From Heteronotia binoei (Eukaryota), in the NCBI RefSeq assembly GCF_032191835.1, contig NC_083243.1, positions 182,342,001 through 182,406,000 on the forward strand: a stretch of DNA of 64,000 nt, given 5' to 3'. Positions 49,578 through 62,195 of this stretch are shown here, one piece after another. Made by a program: the position numbers and the translations under genes. The notes beneath the pieces were generated by a model. The model was not told the DNA's origin. It worked only from the letters and a program-made list of their open reading frames with translations, and searched no databases. Positions within the stretch are counted from its first letter, which is position 1, and every line of letters begins with the position of its first letter.

Positions 49578-50629
49578 ATAACAATAGAGAAGCACAGATA
49601 AATGACTAGCAAGGGAGCCCCTAAGGGTTCTGTGACTGAACCAGCCTCCAATATGCTCAACAAATTCTCATTAAAGTTTATAACAGAAACATAAACAAAC
49701 ACTTAGAGCAATAAATTGTACATTAGATGAAATCATACAATACATACATTGCTTAGAAGGAGCACTGGTTAGGACATGGGGGCAGTGTACCCCTCTCTGG
49801 AATGAAGACTACTCTCACCCTCCAAATGCATCCGTATTTTGAATTCTACCTTTTCTTTACAAATAAAGCATATACCCAACAGCTGCCTTCTAGACATGTC
49901 TTGCCTCCATCTATCTTTCCCTTCAATGTTTCTCATTATTGCATCTTCATCTTGGATGGGTACATCTGTGCTGAATTCCTCTCACTGCTACTGCTACTAA
50001 AAACAAAGATGGGAAAAAAGGCAACTTTAATCACCAGACAGCCTGTGCAATATAAATTAAATACAGAATTATTGGGGGTGTTGGGGGGCAGGAAGCAATA
50101 ACTAAAAGCCTGCCTTTCATATCTAACTGTTGGCAGAAAAAATGCAGGTTTGTGGCTTGTGTGTAGTTTTTAACATACAGCTCAGGTACCCCACCTACCC
50201 TTTTTGGCTATCTCAGAGTGTATATACAGTTCAGCCATAAATTCTATTCATGGACTCAAACATACAGAGAAAATTTCAATAAAGTGCGTTTGGGGGGGGG
50301 GGAAGGGCAAGGTGAGGAAAGGAAGCTTGAGCAATAAATGCACATTACTGGGCAGGAAGAAATTTCCAGCTATTTAATTGAGAATAGCTCGGATGAATTA
50401 GTGCCCTCTCTTTTGCTATTATTTCACTGAGACTTAAACCATGCAGATTGAACCATTAAAAGCACAAAAGGTAAAGTGTGGAATTCTGTACCACCAGCTT
50501 CTGCACTTCATGCATGTAATCCTTCTCTCCAACTGCATTGTTCCCTACCATACTCAGGGTCAGATTTCATGGGACATGAGAGATCTATGATCAGAGAATT
50601 GTAATCAGTTCTCCAGCTTGGTGAGGTAG

Positions 50630-50915
50630 TTAGCAGTGTGGAGGAGAGCCAATTCATTGTAGTGGTTAGGAGCGCTGACTCTAATCTGGGAGAACCGGCT
50701 TTGATTTCCCACTCCTCCACATACATCTGCTGAGTGATCTTGGGTCAGTCACAGTCGTGATAGAACTGTTTTCTCAAGAGCAGTTCTCTCCGTGCTCTCT
50801 CAGCCCCACCTACCTCACAGGGTGTTTGTTGTGGGGAGAGGAAGGGAAAGGAGATTGTAAGCTGCTCTGAGATTCTGAGTGAAGGACGAGGTATAAACCC
50901 AGTCTCTTCTTCCTA
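50630..50915 (+). mobile_element. Diverged gecko-type SINE
   Basis: gagagccaattcattgtagtggttagg...ctgggagaaccggctttgatttcccactcc. Confidence 0.8.
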
Positions 50916-51099
50916 ATATTTCTTGTGATGTTTAAAACTACGCACCTGCCTATTTTCTCTGGGGAAGCGAATGACAGCTGGATAGGGAGATTTCTATCCA
51001 GGGTTGTCCTAGACTCTACGCCCACGTCCCTACCCAAGTGGCTTCTTTTCACAGATGATAAAAAATAAGGCCAAGGCTGATGGCGTAAAACGTGCAATG

Positions 51100-52385
51100 T
51101 GTGTCATTTATATGTTTTATGATTATTTTATTATATTTATAATCCCCTCTCCCCAAAACCAGCTCAGAGCAGGTAACAACAGTCTAAAATATTACAATAA
51201 CTATTCATATGGTTACATAATTAAAATAAACACCATGAAATCAATAAAATACAACTACTATGCAGCTAAAAGGTGATGTAAAATTGTACGGAGAGGCAAC
51301 ATATAATCATATGATAAGACGGGAAAGGGGGAAGTGAAGGGAGAGGGAGGAGAAGGAGGGGGAGGCCAGTCCTAGAGGAAACTTAGCAAAATAGGTGGTT
51401 TCTGCCCTTAACTGTCAAGTCGGCTGGATTCAATAACGAGTCTTTGGTTGAAACAAAGTTGCTAGTTTATTGAAAGCAGAGCTGAAGACCATGATAGAGA
51501 TTGAAGGACTGGGGTACATAGACATTAACCAAGCTTTTAAGGTATAGATCAAAGGATTCCTACGGGCAGGGCACTCTATGCAGTATATTTTCACACTAGA
51601 ATGTTACTCCCTCGTTCCCAAGCTAAGGCCTTGGCGATTTCACACTCCCACAGACACCCGGCTTGAGAAGGCTTCACTATCTTGTTCACATATCAGCATT
51701 TCAAAGCAGACTACACAACAAAGGCACAGCTAAGAAGAGGGGGGAGGGAGAGGTAGCTAGCAGCATATCGGTGTTCAGTACAAGCCCAGAATCCTTTGCT
51801 TCTGAACCAGAGTTAGACAACATGTTCATAAGAAATACAGCAGACTTGACATTAACCTTAAGCCCAAAAGAACAACTCTGTTTTGCAGGCCCTGCAGAAC
51901 TGTACCAGGTCTTGCAGGGCCCTGATCTCCCTCAGGAGAGTGTCCCATCAGGCTGGAGGACAGTCGGACACTCTTGAGCCAGGGGCCCCCAGCAGATTTT
52001 GATCACTTGAGCATAATGCCCTTTGAGGAACATATCAGAAAAGGCAGTCTGGAAGGTATGCTGGTCCCTGACCATTTAGGGCTTTAAAAGTCAACACTAA
52101 AAACTTGAACTTGATTCAGTCTTCAAACTGGAGCCAGCGCAGCTAGTAGAACGCTGGTTGGATATGTGTTCTAAATCTAAAGGACATTCCTGTCAGAACC
52201 CTCTCAGCTGAGTTCCGGACCAGTTGCATTTTCCAGGTCAACCACAAGGGAAGCCCTGCATGGAACAAATTACAGTAATCCAACCTGGAGGTGTCCATTG
52301 GGTGGATCACTGTGCCTAGGTCTGAGGGTGACAGGTATGATGGCGCCAACTGTTCAACCTGGTGAAAATGGTACCTGCATAGTGG
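51100..52385 (-). mobile_element. L2 3' portion interrupted by a solo LTR
   Basis: ORF 52143-52349 TSRLDYCNLFHAGLP..QLVRNSAERVLTG. Confidence 0.8.
51413..51851 (-). mobile_element. Solo LTR
   Basis: Inverted termini tgtcaag / cttgaca. Exact 5-bp TSD TTAAC. AATAAA on the minus strand near 51466. Confidence 0.88.
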
Positions 52386-52608
52386 TTAACTCTGATTTAT
52401 GGATGCACAAATAACATTGAAAAAAATGTTCTTTTTACAAGAAAAAGAAAAATTCTGTTTAACAAGAGAAAGCGATATGAGAACACAGAAACATGGGTTT
52501 GATTTGCACTGGGAAAAGACCGATCAAAATTGTGATTTTCCAGGTCAAAACAGTATGGATGAAAAATTAGAAAAAGTTCTCAATCCAGACCACAAAGTGG
52601 TCTTTTCA

Positions 52609-52797
52609 CAGATGATTTAAAAAAAAAAATTAGGCCAAGGCTGATGGGGCAAAATAAGGTAAAAATATAATTACTCAGACCAACAGATTCCCCTGATGAA
52701 TCCTGTTGGTGAAACACACAGGGAATTTTGTGGATTTTAACTAATAAAATACGTTTTTACCTTATTTGGCATCATCAGCCTTGGCCTTATTTTTAAT
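52609..52797. repeat. Inverted-repeat element (MITE or Penelope-derived)
   Basis: ~45-bp arms aaattaggccaaggctgatggggcaaaataaggtaaaaa / tttttaccttatttggcatcatcagccttggccttattttt. A partial copy of the left arm lies at ~51050-51090. Confidence 0.6.
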
Positions 52798-53080
52798 CTC
52801 CAAATGACTGGTGTGGCCCTTTTATTTTCTCCTTTTCACAGGTATCATGAAGACACGCAGTCATGCCCACCCTTGAAATTCGCATACAACATGAAGGAAT
52901 TATGTGCATTTGGGGGTTTTCAATAGGTGGTAAACTTTGCAGTTTGTATATAACTGATTAAGAAATTAAAAAAAATAAAGGTTTGGAGTCCAGATTTGGA
53001 ACAGCATGATTCCAGTTCAGTAGTACCTTCATCTGATAAAGTGAGCTATGATTCTCAAAAGCTCATATCCCCAAAACCTT

Positions 53081-53420
53081 AGAATCATAGAGTTGGAAGG
53101 GAACTCCAGGGTCATATAGTCCAACCCCTTAACAATCAGCATTGCTGTCAGATGTCCATCTAATCTCTGTTTAAAAACCTCTAAAGAAGGAGAGCCCACC
53201 ACCTCCCAAGAAAGCTTGTTCCACTGAGGAACTGCTCTGTCAAGAAGTTTTTCCTAATGTTTAGCCAAAAACTGTTTTGATTTAATTTCAACCCATTGGT
53301 TCTGATCCAACCTTCTGGGGCCACAGAAAACAAGTCCACACCATCCTATATATGACAGCCATACTTGAATATGGTTATCAATATCATATCACTTCTCAGT
53401 TGTTTCCTCTCCAGGTTAAA
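53081..53420 (-). mobile_element. CR1 3' fragment inserted into a Penelope-like terminus
   Basis: agaatcatagagttggaagg is the CR1 tail in reverse complement. The flanks aaagctcatatccccaaaacctt | gttgatctctaaggtgctactggac rejoin into a Penelope-like terminus similar to those at 5.6 and 25.8 kb. Confidence 0.75.
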
Positions 53421-54794
53421 GTTGATCTCTAAGGTGCTACTGGACTGGAATTTAGCTGTTCTACTGCAGACCAACACATCTACCCTCTGAAAATGATTGG
53501 GATTACAATCTTGGAGTTCTTCACTTCAGATAAAGTTTTTAAAAGATAATATTTAGAAATATCTTGGTTTGATTCACAGATTACTGCAGAGCACTGAACT
53601 ATGGTCATCTGCATGCTGGGAATTTGAGGTTATGAGCTGTGATTAATGTGCCCAGTTCATGCAGACTAAACCCACTTACAGCACCTGTTTAGTTTTATAA
53701 TTTGGAGGTGATAGAGATGATGACCATCTTTCCAAATAGCATTTGGGATTGAAAATATAGATTACATCCTCGTTAGTTCTGATGATGTCTGTAGTTGATG
53801 AATGGCTCAGAGTTATAGAAAATGGCCAGAGATTAAAACTGTCTGTGCAAGACTAATAGAGTACACGTGGCTTTAGGACAGTGGATCATTCATGGTTCTA
53901 TGAAAAACAATAGCTCTTTTAGCATTCAGAAGTGTTAAACTCTGTAGCCATGACAGCCACCAAGTTAACTCTTCTGAAAGCTACAACAACAGCTGTTCTT
54001 TTTAATTAAGTGGAGAACCTGTGTGCTTAGAAAAGTTTGTTATGTCCCGAATAGTTCTTTTGCTAGTGCAACATAATGTGAAAAATGCTGTACAAGCCAT
54101 CCAGAAATTTTACTCAGACTTCAATGGGATCTTGTGCTAGTACCGGTATGAGATTTTGTGGCACAACGCTACATTATGATTGGGTACAGTGTATAAGATC
54201 CATTCCATTAAAATTCTCTCCCGATGAAAGCTGACTAAGTGGCAAAACACATATTCAAAATATCAACATTTAGTCAATTTTAGTCAATTTAACTTTAGTC
54301 AATTTAAACAAGCAAATAATTCATGCATGAAATATATTTGTTTGCATTATCGTGACAAAGAGATGCAGTTACTTGATTGCAGAAAAGAAAATGCCTTTTC
54401 TGAAAAAGAGACCCATAAACTTCTCAAATTGCCGACTGAGTTTCCTTTCTGGAAACAAATAGAAGGGATGCAGATAACAGTTTGCCTACCTGTCATGAAG
54501 TGGATAGATGGCTATTTAGAGATCCTGAGTTGGATTATAAAAGTTTTGAAATGCAAATCTTAATTTGATTGGCAAAGGGGTACAGAGTAGTATTACATAG
54601 GACCCACTCCAAATTTCATGATAGGTTGGAAAGTCTGAACACTTTGTCAGAATTTTGCAAGCCATAGTCTGGGAACAAATTGCAAATACAGGCTATGGCT
54701 AAAAAAGTGAAGGGTATTGCTTGAGTGGTAGCATATTACCCCATGCAGCAGGAATGGAGGAGACAAATGGAGCAAACCCCCTCCCACACCTAAG

Positions 54795-55185
54795 AACATA
54801 AGAGAAGCCACGTTGGATCAGGCCAATGGCCCATCCAGTCCAACACTCTGTATCACACAGTGGCCAATACACACACACACACACACACACACTGTGGCTA
54901 ATAGCCATTGATGGACATCTGCTTCATATTTTTATCCAATCCCCTCTTGAAGGTGGCTATGCTTGTAGCCGCCACCACCTCCTGTGGCAGTGAATTCCAC
55001 ATGTTAATCACCCTTTGGGTGAAGAAGTACTTCCTTTTATCCATTTTAACTTGACTGCTCAGCAATTTCATCGAATGCCCATGAGTTCTTGTATTGTGAG
55101 AAAGGGAGAAAAGGACTTCTTTCTCTGCTTTCTCCATCCCATGCATAATCTTGTAAACCTCTAGCATGTCACCCCGCAGATTCCT
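54795..55185 (-). mobile_element. CR1 3' fragment
   Basis: ORF 54898-55275 RGDMLEVYKIMHG..KYFFTQRVINMWNSLP. Same tail as 1021-2282. Confidence 0.92.
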
Positions 55186-55736
55186 TTCTCTCTTGGAGCA
55201 TGCACAGTGGGAAGGACGGGGAGGAGGGGAAATCTTGTGCATGCATAAGATAAAATTATTTACCATTGTTTGCATTTATTTACTTATTTGATTTATATCC
55301 CCTTTCTATCTTATGAGCAAGAGCACCTCAAAGCAGTTTTTTCCAAATGCATTTCTAATAAGCATTATGAACTTGCCTCCTTTGCACAGCACCATTTTCA
55401 TGCAGTGAAGTATGTCTAGGAGCCATTTTGAGCCCATTGCAGGATTGCACATGTAGTATTTGCCACACTGGGTCAAATAACACCATCTGAAATCATTTTG
55501 GCTCGGAAAAATGGTGCTGGGGGGAAGGCTAAGTATGATCTAAATTGAGTGTTGCTTCACTCCCCTTTATTTATTAATCACGTGAAGAATAGAAGCCAGT
55601 CAGTTAAAAATGTGATTGGAATGGTATGACAAGAGTAAAAACAAATCTTTGGCTGCATGATCACCTCACTGAGGAAGAGTGAAGGCAGTTGAGAATGGGA
55701 GCAAGAGAGCCCAGTATAAATGAATATATGAACATT

Positions 55737-55903
55737 ATCAAAGATTTCAGGTTTTCACGGCTGGTAACATCATTAGGGTTTGTAGAATCTTTCAGGCTCA
55801 AGTGCCGTGTTCTACTGGAGAAAGTTTTCCTTCCAGAAAGGAAAGGAAAACTTTCTCCAGTAGAACACGGCACTTGAGCCTGAAAGATTCTACAAACCCT
55901 AAT
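55737..55903. mobile_element. Penelope-like terminus forming a perfect 61-bp inverted repeat
   Basis: 55772-55832 is the exact reverse complement of 55843-55903, with a 10-nt spacer. Confidence 0.75.
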
Positions 55904-56068
55904 AATATATGAACATTTTCACAAGGTATGTCAAAATCATTTAAAAATAAGTTCTTAATGTTGCTAAAAAATTCATGAAGAATTTTGAGTTGGATTTGCT
56001 CCATTCAATCAAAAATCTTAACTCCTCTTCTTCTTCTTTGCTGTAATACACTCTTTTTTACCTTAGAT

Positions 56069-57833
56069 TAAGGATAAGCATGAACTGAACAAAATTAATC
56101 ACAAATTTTGCCCTCCTCATGGTTCACAAATTTTGCGCTCCTCATGGTTCACAAATTTTGCCCTCTCATGAGTCCCAAAATGAAGTTCATGATGGGTCTA
56201 CTGTAACAAACATCCATGAACTTTTAAAGCAATTCATGGCTGTTTGTAGCGATTTGTGCATAGAGCAGAAAGCAGGGGTTTAAAGATACTCTGAGTCCCT
56301 TTGAACACCTGCTTTCTGTTCCACATAAAAGCTTCAAAAGCAGTTGAGTGTGGGGGAGGTGTACTCTCTGCTCAGCTGTTTCAGGCTGTCATGTGCCATC
56401 CCTTTAAACTTTAAAGAGACTGTAGAAGACAACAAAAATAGAATCACAGAATCATGGAGTTGAAAGGGACTCCCAGGATCATCTAGTCCAACCCTCTGCA
56501 CAATGCAGGAAATTCATAAATACCTCCCCCTAAGTTCACAGGATCAGCATTGTTGTCAGATGGCCATCTAGCTTCTGTTTAAAAACCTCCAAGGAAGGAG
56601 AGCCCACCACCTCCCAAGGAAGCCTGTTCCAATAAGGAACCACTCTACCTGTCAAGAAGTTCATAGAAAACAATTCCGCAACATCCTCTATATGACAGCC
56701 CAAGTACTTGAAGATGGTGATCATATCACCTCTCAGCTGCCTCCACTCCAGGCTAAACATACCCAGCTCCTTCAAGCTTTCTTCATAGGACTTGGTCACC
56801 AGACCCTTCACCATCTTCATCCTCCTCCTCTGGACTCATTCCAGCTTGTCCATTTCCTTCTTAAAATGTGGTGCCCAAAAGTGAACACAATCCAGGTGAG
56901 GTTTTACCAGAGCAGAGTAAAACAATACCATCACTTAATGTGATCAGGACACTATGACTGATAACAGATGGCCGGTTTGGGGCGGCCTGCAGCTGCCCCG
57001 AAGAAAGCTGGCCAGAAGAAGAGCATCCTGGAGCTTCCAGACGGCGCTGGAGGAAGGGGCGGGCCTTGGGCGGCCAGGGAGCATCTGGAACACTCATGCA
57101 TCCCACTCCCAGCTCCCTGGGCGCTTGTAAGGTGCTCTCTGGCCTTCCAGAAGGCCGGGCGCTGCCTCAGAGCCACCTCAGCAAAAAGGGACCACTTTCC
57201 AAGTGGTTTGTTTTTGAAGCAGCTGTTAATACAGCCCAAAATTGAATTTGCCAAAATTGAATTTGCCACTGCATCACATTATTGACTCATGTTCAGCATA
57301 TGGTCGACTAAGACTTCTAGATTATTTCTGCACATAGTACTGCCAAGACAAATCTGCCCCATCCTGTAACTATGTCTTGGGTAATTTTAAAGGGACTTTA
57401 AAGGGACTGTAGAAGAGAACAAAACATAAATAAAGGGACTTTAAAGTGATTGTAAGAGACAGCCAAAAAAAAAAAAAAACAATTTTAAAGGAACTTTAAA
57501 AGAACTAAAAAAGACAGTCCAAAACAGCTGAGGGGAACACCTTCCCACAACTCAGCTGTTTTTCAGGCTGTCTTCTACAGTCCCTTTAGTTTAAAGGGAC
57601 TGCAGCAGACTGCCAAAACAATTTAGTGGCAGGAATCAGGCTACTCCCCATAGGTCAGTCACTTCTGGGGATTTCTGCAAACCCCATTGAAAGGGACTAC
57701 AGTCCCTTTCAATGGTGTTTGTGGGGCTATGAACCGGTTCAGTTTGTGAATGAACCTCTTGGTTTGGTTTCTGTTTCAGCCACGAACCATGAACTGACAC
57801 AAACTGCACTTTCCTGATTCATTCTCATCCCTG
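56069..57833. mobile_element. Non-autonomous hAT element containing a nested CR1
   Basis: Imperfect TIRs taaggataagcatgaac / attcattctcatccctg. Exact 8-bp TSD CCTTAGAT at 56061-56068 and 57834-57841. Confidence 0.8.
56440..57380 (-). mobile_element. CR1 3' portion with an internal CpG-rich insert
   Basis: ORF 56536-56820 (KSYEESLKELGMFSLE) and ANSILGCI at ~57240. An unrelated GC-rich block occupies ~56960-57222. Confidence 0.85.
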
Positions 57834-59257
57834 CCTTAGATTTCATCTGGACTGGTTACAGGATATATCACAAATGATGCTCAGACTCAACTCACTTGTG
57901 ATGTATTTGTAAGCGAAGTATTTTCACATCACTCAGCGGTCTTCAGAGTAGTCACAGATCGTTGGCTTTACTTATTACAGGCTCAGTGCTTTTGATCTTC
58001 TTTTTTCTAGTCAACAAAATTAACAGAAGCCTCATGCATTAGTTTGAAGCAGCAAAGGAGCTGAAGCCTGAAGCATGTAGATCATGTCTGGCCTTTCACT
58101 GGATGCTTGTCGATTGCTTTTTAACTGCTAACCTCTGTGATATTACTTTACTGTAATGGATGAACATACAGGAGAAATTGGCCAGAAGGGTTTTACAGTA
58201 CAAATCTACAGGACAACAGAAGGTTCCAAAGGAAAGTAATGGACAAACCTTTGTTTGGAAATTTTTTCTGGAAGTTTCTTCTCAGAAATTGTCGCTAGTA
58301 CTTGACAAGATGTCTGCATCATATCCTTATTCGGTGATTTCTAAGGCGTATAATCTTGCTTCTCAAAACTCGAGTTGTTAGAAGTGTCTAGTTTATCTGA
58401 TAGTTCACCAAAGTCTGGCATTTCCTTCATACTACTGCTTTCGTGTCCTGATGGTTTTAAGCATCACCAAGATGTCAGTGCAAATTCTCCCTGGAACTAT
58501 CATGTTGTAAAGATTTGTGGTAAACACAGACCTTGTAAAATAGAGATCTCAGTAACGGAGGACACATCCCTGACATCTATAATCCAGGGTTTATCAGCAA
58601 GTTATTTTACAGTTATGATCTCTTAGAGCCCTGTGTTTTGATTTTCTCAACAGAACTGGATATTGTCCCTGAAATAAATGTTAAAATGTGGTAAAGATTC
58701 TGACCTATCATGAAGTACTTTGTTATTTTAGCCATTCTGATAAGCTTGCTGTAAGGGGTGAGCTAATTTTCTGATCATATGAAGTGCTGTACTGTAAGTA
58801 AACAAGTGATGTTATTCACTAGATAAAAAAAGTATGTAACAGGCTACACTGAGGATAATCATTCATCAGCAAATCACTCGGAAACTAATGGTGTTCTACT
58901 CCAGACATGATAATTCCTTACTCCGTATAAAATCCTTCTTTAACAAATGTGATTTCATGGTGCACATCTCTTCAATCAGAACTTTCAAAATGGGCCCAAC
59001 TCACAATCGCTTGCAAAAATACTTGCTGTTAACCAAAGGTCTATATAGTCCTCCACCAAGCCACAAATCTTACTTTTACAAAAAGGGAGGCATAGCCAGA
59101 TACAAAGAATGGCTATTCTCAACTTTCCCAACATGAACTTCCGCTAATGTTAATAGGAACTCTTACATTCTCTGCAAGATTTAATGGGAAGTTTGAGAAT
59201 GCTACAGTTCCAGTCAATCTTGGTGGAAAGTCATGCTAGGGAAGTTTGGAACAGTAA

Positions 59258-59523
59258 TGTAATGTACTGAGAACCGAGACGGTTTGAAGGCAACATGCTT
59301 TATTCAGTAGCACATTACAAGAGAGAGAACACGCGGGCCGGGCCCCGCTTATATACATTACCCAGAACATCCCCCTCATCCGACCAGGCCAATCCTGGTC
59401 GGTCAAACTTCCCGCCACAGATCTTGGTGGGCGGGGCCTCAGGCGAGCTCTATCCGGGGACCCAGGGGTCGCCTTCAGAAGCGATCACCATGCGGCCTGA
59501 CCACTTATGTTCAATACATAACA
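59258..59523 (-). mobile_element. Solo LTR, CpG-rich (young)
   Basis: Termini tgtaatgtac / aatacataaca. Exact 5-bp TSD AGTAA. TATA (tatataa) and AATAAA on the minus strand. Confidence 0.88.
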
Positions 59524-60325
59524 AGTAATCTGCAGAGAAGATAGGCTTCAGTTAGAGGTTACCATTGAGAACTATGCCCTGCATCTGATTACCTCCCCTT
59601 TCTGAAAGGTAACTATGAAAGGAATATAATTGGCAAAAGGAGGCAACTAGAAGGGAGGGAATAGCCACAAAATTCATATGTGCATTTTGCATGGGTTCGC
59701 ACCGAACACAGAAAAATGCTATCATAGTTAAACTTTTGGAAATTGTGAATGCCTGTTTGATGAGGCCTTTGGAGGTAGTTAATGCTGCTGCTTTAGAATG
59801 TTTATCCTCATTGGCCATAATAATAACCACTGCTGTTCCAATGCATTTGGAAATCTGATAACCTATTATGGGGTTTAAGCCCATGGTAAGCACACCTGAT
59901 AAAGAAGAATTTCTTAAGCATCGTGATAATCATCCCACCACTTCATATAGGTGTCTATTTATACAATGAAGGAACTGCAATGAAAACTGCTACGTATCTT
60001 GGGATTGCAGCAGGACCTGGACCATCCCCTTAACATCTAAACTGAAACTTCATAAAATCTAGGATTTTTTTTACCCTATATAGAAAGGAGAAGAGGGCAA
60101 TCTGGATCAATACAAGAGCCAACAGTCCCTGATTCATGTTTAAAAAGCTTATTTATGAGCACGGAAACCAGTGATTTATCTCTACCCACTCAGCCTCTCT
60201 GCAGCACAGCACAGCAGAACACTTTTAGAAGATAGATTCTTTTCCATTGACAAATGGTGATGGAGCTATTGATTGTCTCAAATCTCTGTACAAAAGTACA
60301 GACCGTAAGCAATGACATTGCAAGA

Positions 60326-61160
60326 GAAGAAGAAGAAGAAGATATTGGATTTATATCCCGCCCTCCACTCCGAAGAGTCTCAGAGCGGCTCACAATCTCC
60401 TTTCCCTTCCTCCCCCACAACAGCCACCCTGTGAGGTGGGTGGGGCTGGAGAGGGCTCTCACAGCAGCTGCCCTTTCAAGGACAGAGGCTCAGAGCGGCC
60501 TACAATCTCCTTTCCCTTCCTCCCCCACAACAGACACCCTGTGAGGTGGGTGGGGCTGGAGAGGGCTCTCACAGCAGCTGCCCTTTCAAGAACAGAGGCT
60601 CAGAGCGGCCTACAATCTCCTTTCCCTTCCTCCCCCACAACAGACACCCTGTGAGGTGGGTGGGGCTGGAGAGGGCTCTCACAGCAGCTGCCCTTTCAAG
60701 GACAGAGGCTCAGAGCGGCCTACAATCTCCTTTCCCTTCCTCCCCCACAACAGACACCCTGTGAGGTGGGTGGGGCTGGAGAGGGCTCTCACAGCAGCTG
60801 CCCTTTCAAGAACAGAGGCTCAGAGCGGCCTACAATCTCCTTTCCCTTCCTCCCCCACAACAGACACCCTGTGAGGTGGGTGGGGCTGGAGAGGGCTCTC
60901 ACAGCAGCTGCCCTTTCAAGGACAGAGGCTCAGAGCGGCCTACAATCTCCTTTCCCTTCCTCCCCCACAACAGACACCCTGTGAGGTGGGTGGGGCTGGA
61001 GAGGGCTCTCCCAGCAGCTGCCCTTTCAAGGACAACCTCTGCCAGAGCTGTGGCTGACCCAAGGCCATTCCAGCAGGTGCAAGTGGAGGAGTGGGGAATC
61101 AAACCCGGTTCTCCCAGATAAGAGTCCGCACACTTAACCACTACACCAAACTGGCTCTCT
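60326..61160 (-). repeat. Gecko-type SINE with internal 110-bp tandem array (6 units)
   Basis: Identical 72-aa ORFs recur at 110-bp spacing (60436, 60546, 60656, 60766, 60876). One SINE head and one tail flank the array. Confidence 0.95.
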
Positions 61161-61705
61161 AGAGAACTACGGGATATGAAGAACTATGGGATATGAAGAA
61201 AGACTTATGCAAAACCAACCTCTTCCTCAGTTTTATACAGTTTGCTAGCTCACTCACACTCTTTCATTCTGTGTTCACCAATTTGCTTGGCAGGAGTTAC
61301 CAAAAGAGTTTCAGAATAGATTATTTCTTTCCCGCATCAATGTTTTATTAGAAAAAAACTGAACGGAAATTCTGGGTTGACTTGGCAACCAGCAGAAGAC
61401 TGGGGGTGGAGGAGGAACTTGGGGAAGCACAGCTGGCACAACAGCATGATCTCACTGCCAGGTTTCCCTAGAAAGTCTATGGTAAAGTTTCCAGTGCTGG
61501 TAAGCAGAAGGCCGAGTACAACAAACTTTAAAAAACAAAGAACTTGTTACAAAATGTACCAAGTTTTTTTTTTTTTTTAAACTGGAAAACTGCAGGGGAA
61601 AAGCTTTTTGAAGTAAGCTGGGTAGAGGGAGGATATCCGCACATTGCTACTTGGGCTAAAGTTGCACATGACCCAACTGCATTTAATTTTGAATAAGCAA
61701 ACTGG

Positions 61706-62195
61706 AGGAGAGCCAGTTTGGTGTAGTGGTTAAGTGCGCCGACTCTTATCTGGGAGAACCGGGTTTGATTCCCCACTCCTCCACTTACACCTGCTGGAAT
61801 GGCCTTGGGTCAGCCATAGCTCTGGCAGAGGTTGTCCTTGAAAGGGCAGCTGCTGGGAGAGCCCTCTCCAGCCCCACCCACCTCACAGGGTGTCTGTTGT
61901 GGGGGAGGAAGAGAGCCAGTTTGGTGTAGTGGTTAAGTGTGCGGACTCTTATCTGGGACAACCGGGTTTGATTCCCCACTCCTCCACTTACACCTGCTGG
62001 GATGGCCTTGGGTCAGCCACAGCTCTGGCAGAGGTTGTTCTTGAAAGGGCAGCTGCTGTGAGAGCCCTCTCCAGCCCCACCCACCTCACAGGGTGTCTGT
62101 TGTGGGGGAGGAAGGGAAAGGAGATTGTGAGCTGCTCTGAGACTCTTCGGAGTTGAGGGCGGGATATAAATCCAATATTATCTTCTTCTTCTTTC
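61706..62195 (+). mobile_element. Head-to-tail SINE dimer (3'-truncated copy plus full copy)
   Basis: gagagccagtttggtgtagtggttaag at ~61707 and ~61911. Confidence 0.9.

Noticed and set aside
59552-59893. 113-aa minus-strand ORF as an endogenous viral gene
   Set aside because: No recognisable viral motif in any frame. Kept only as part of the repeat-poor island.
60381-61035. CRISPR-like regularly spaced repeats and five identical 72-aa ORFs
   Set aside because: The units are contiguous with no unique spacers, are SINE-derived, and the DNA is eukaryotic.
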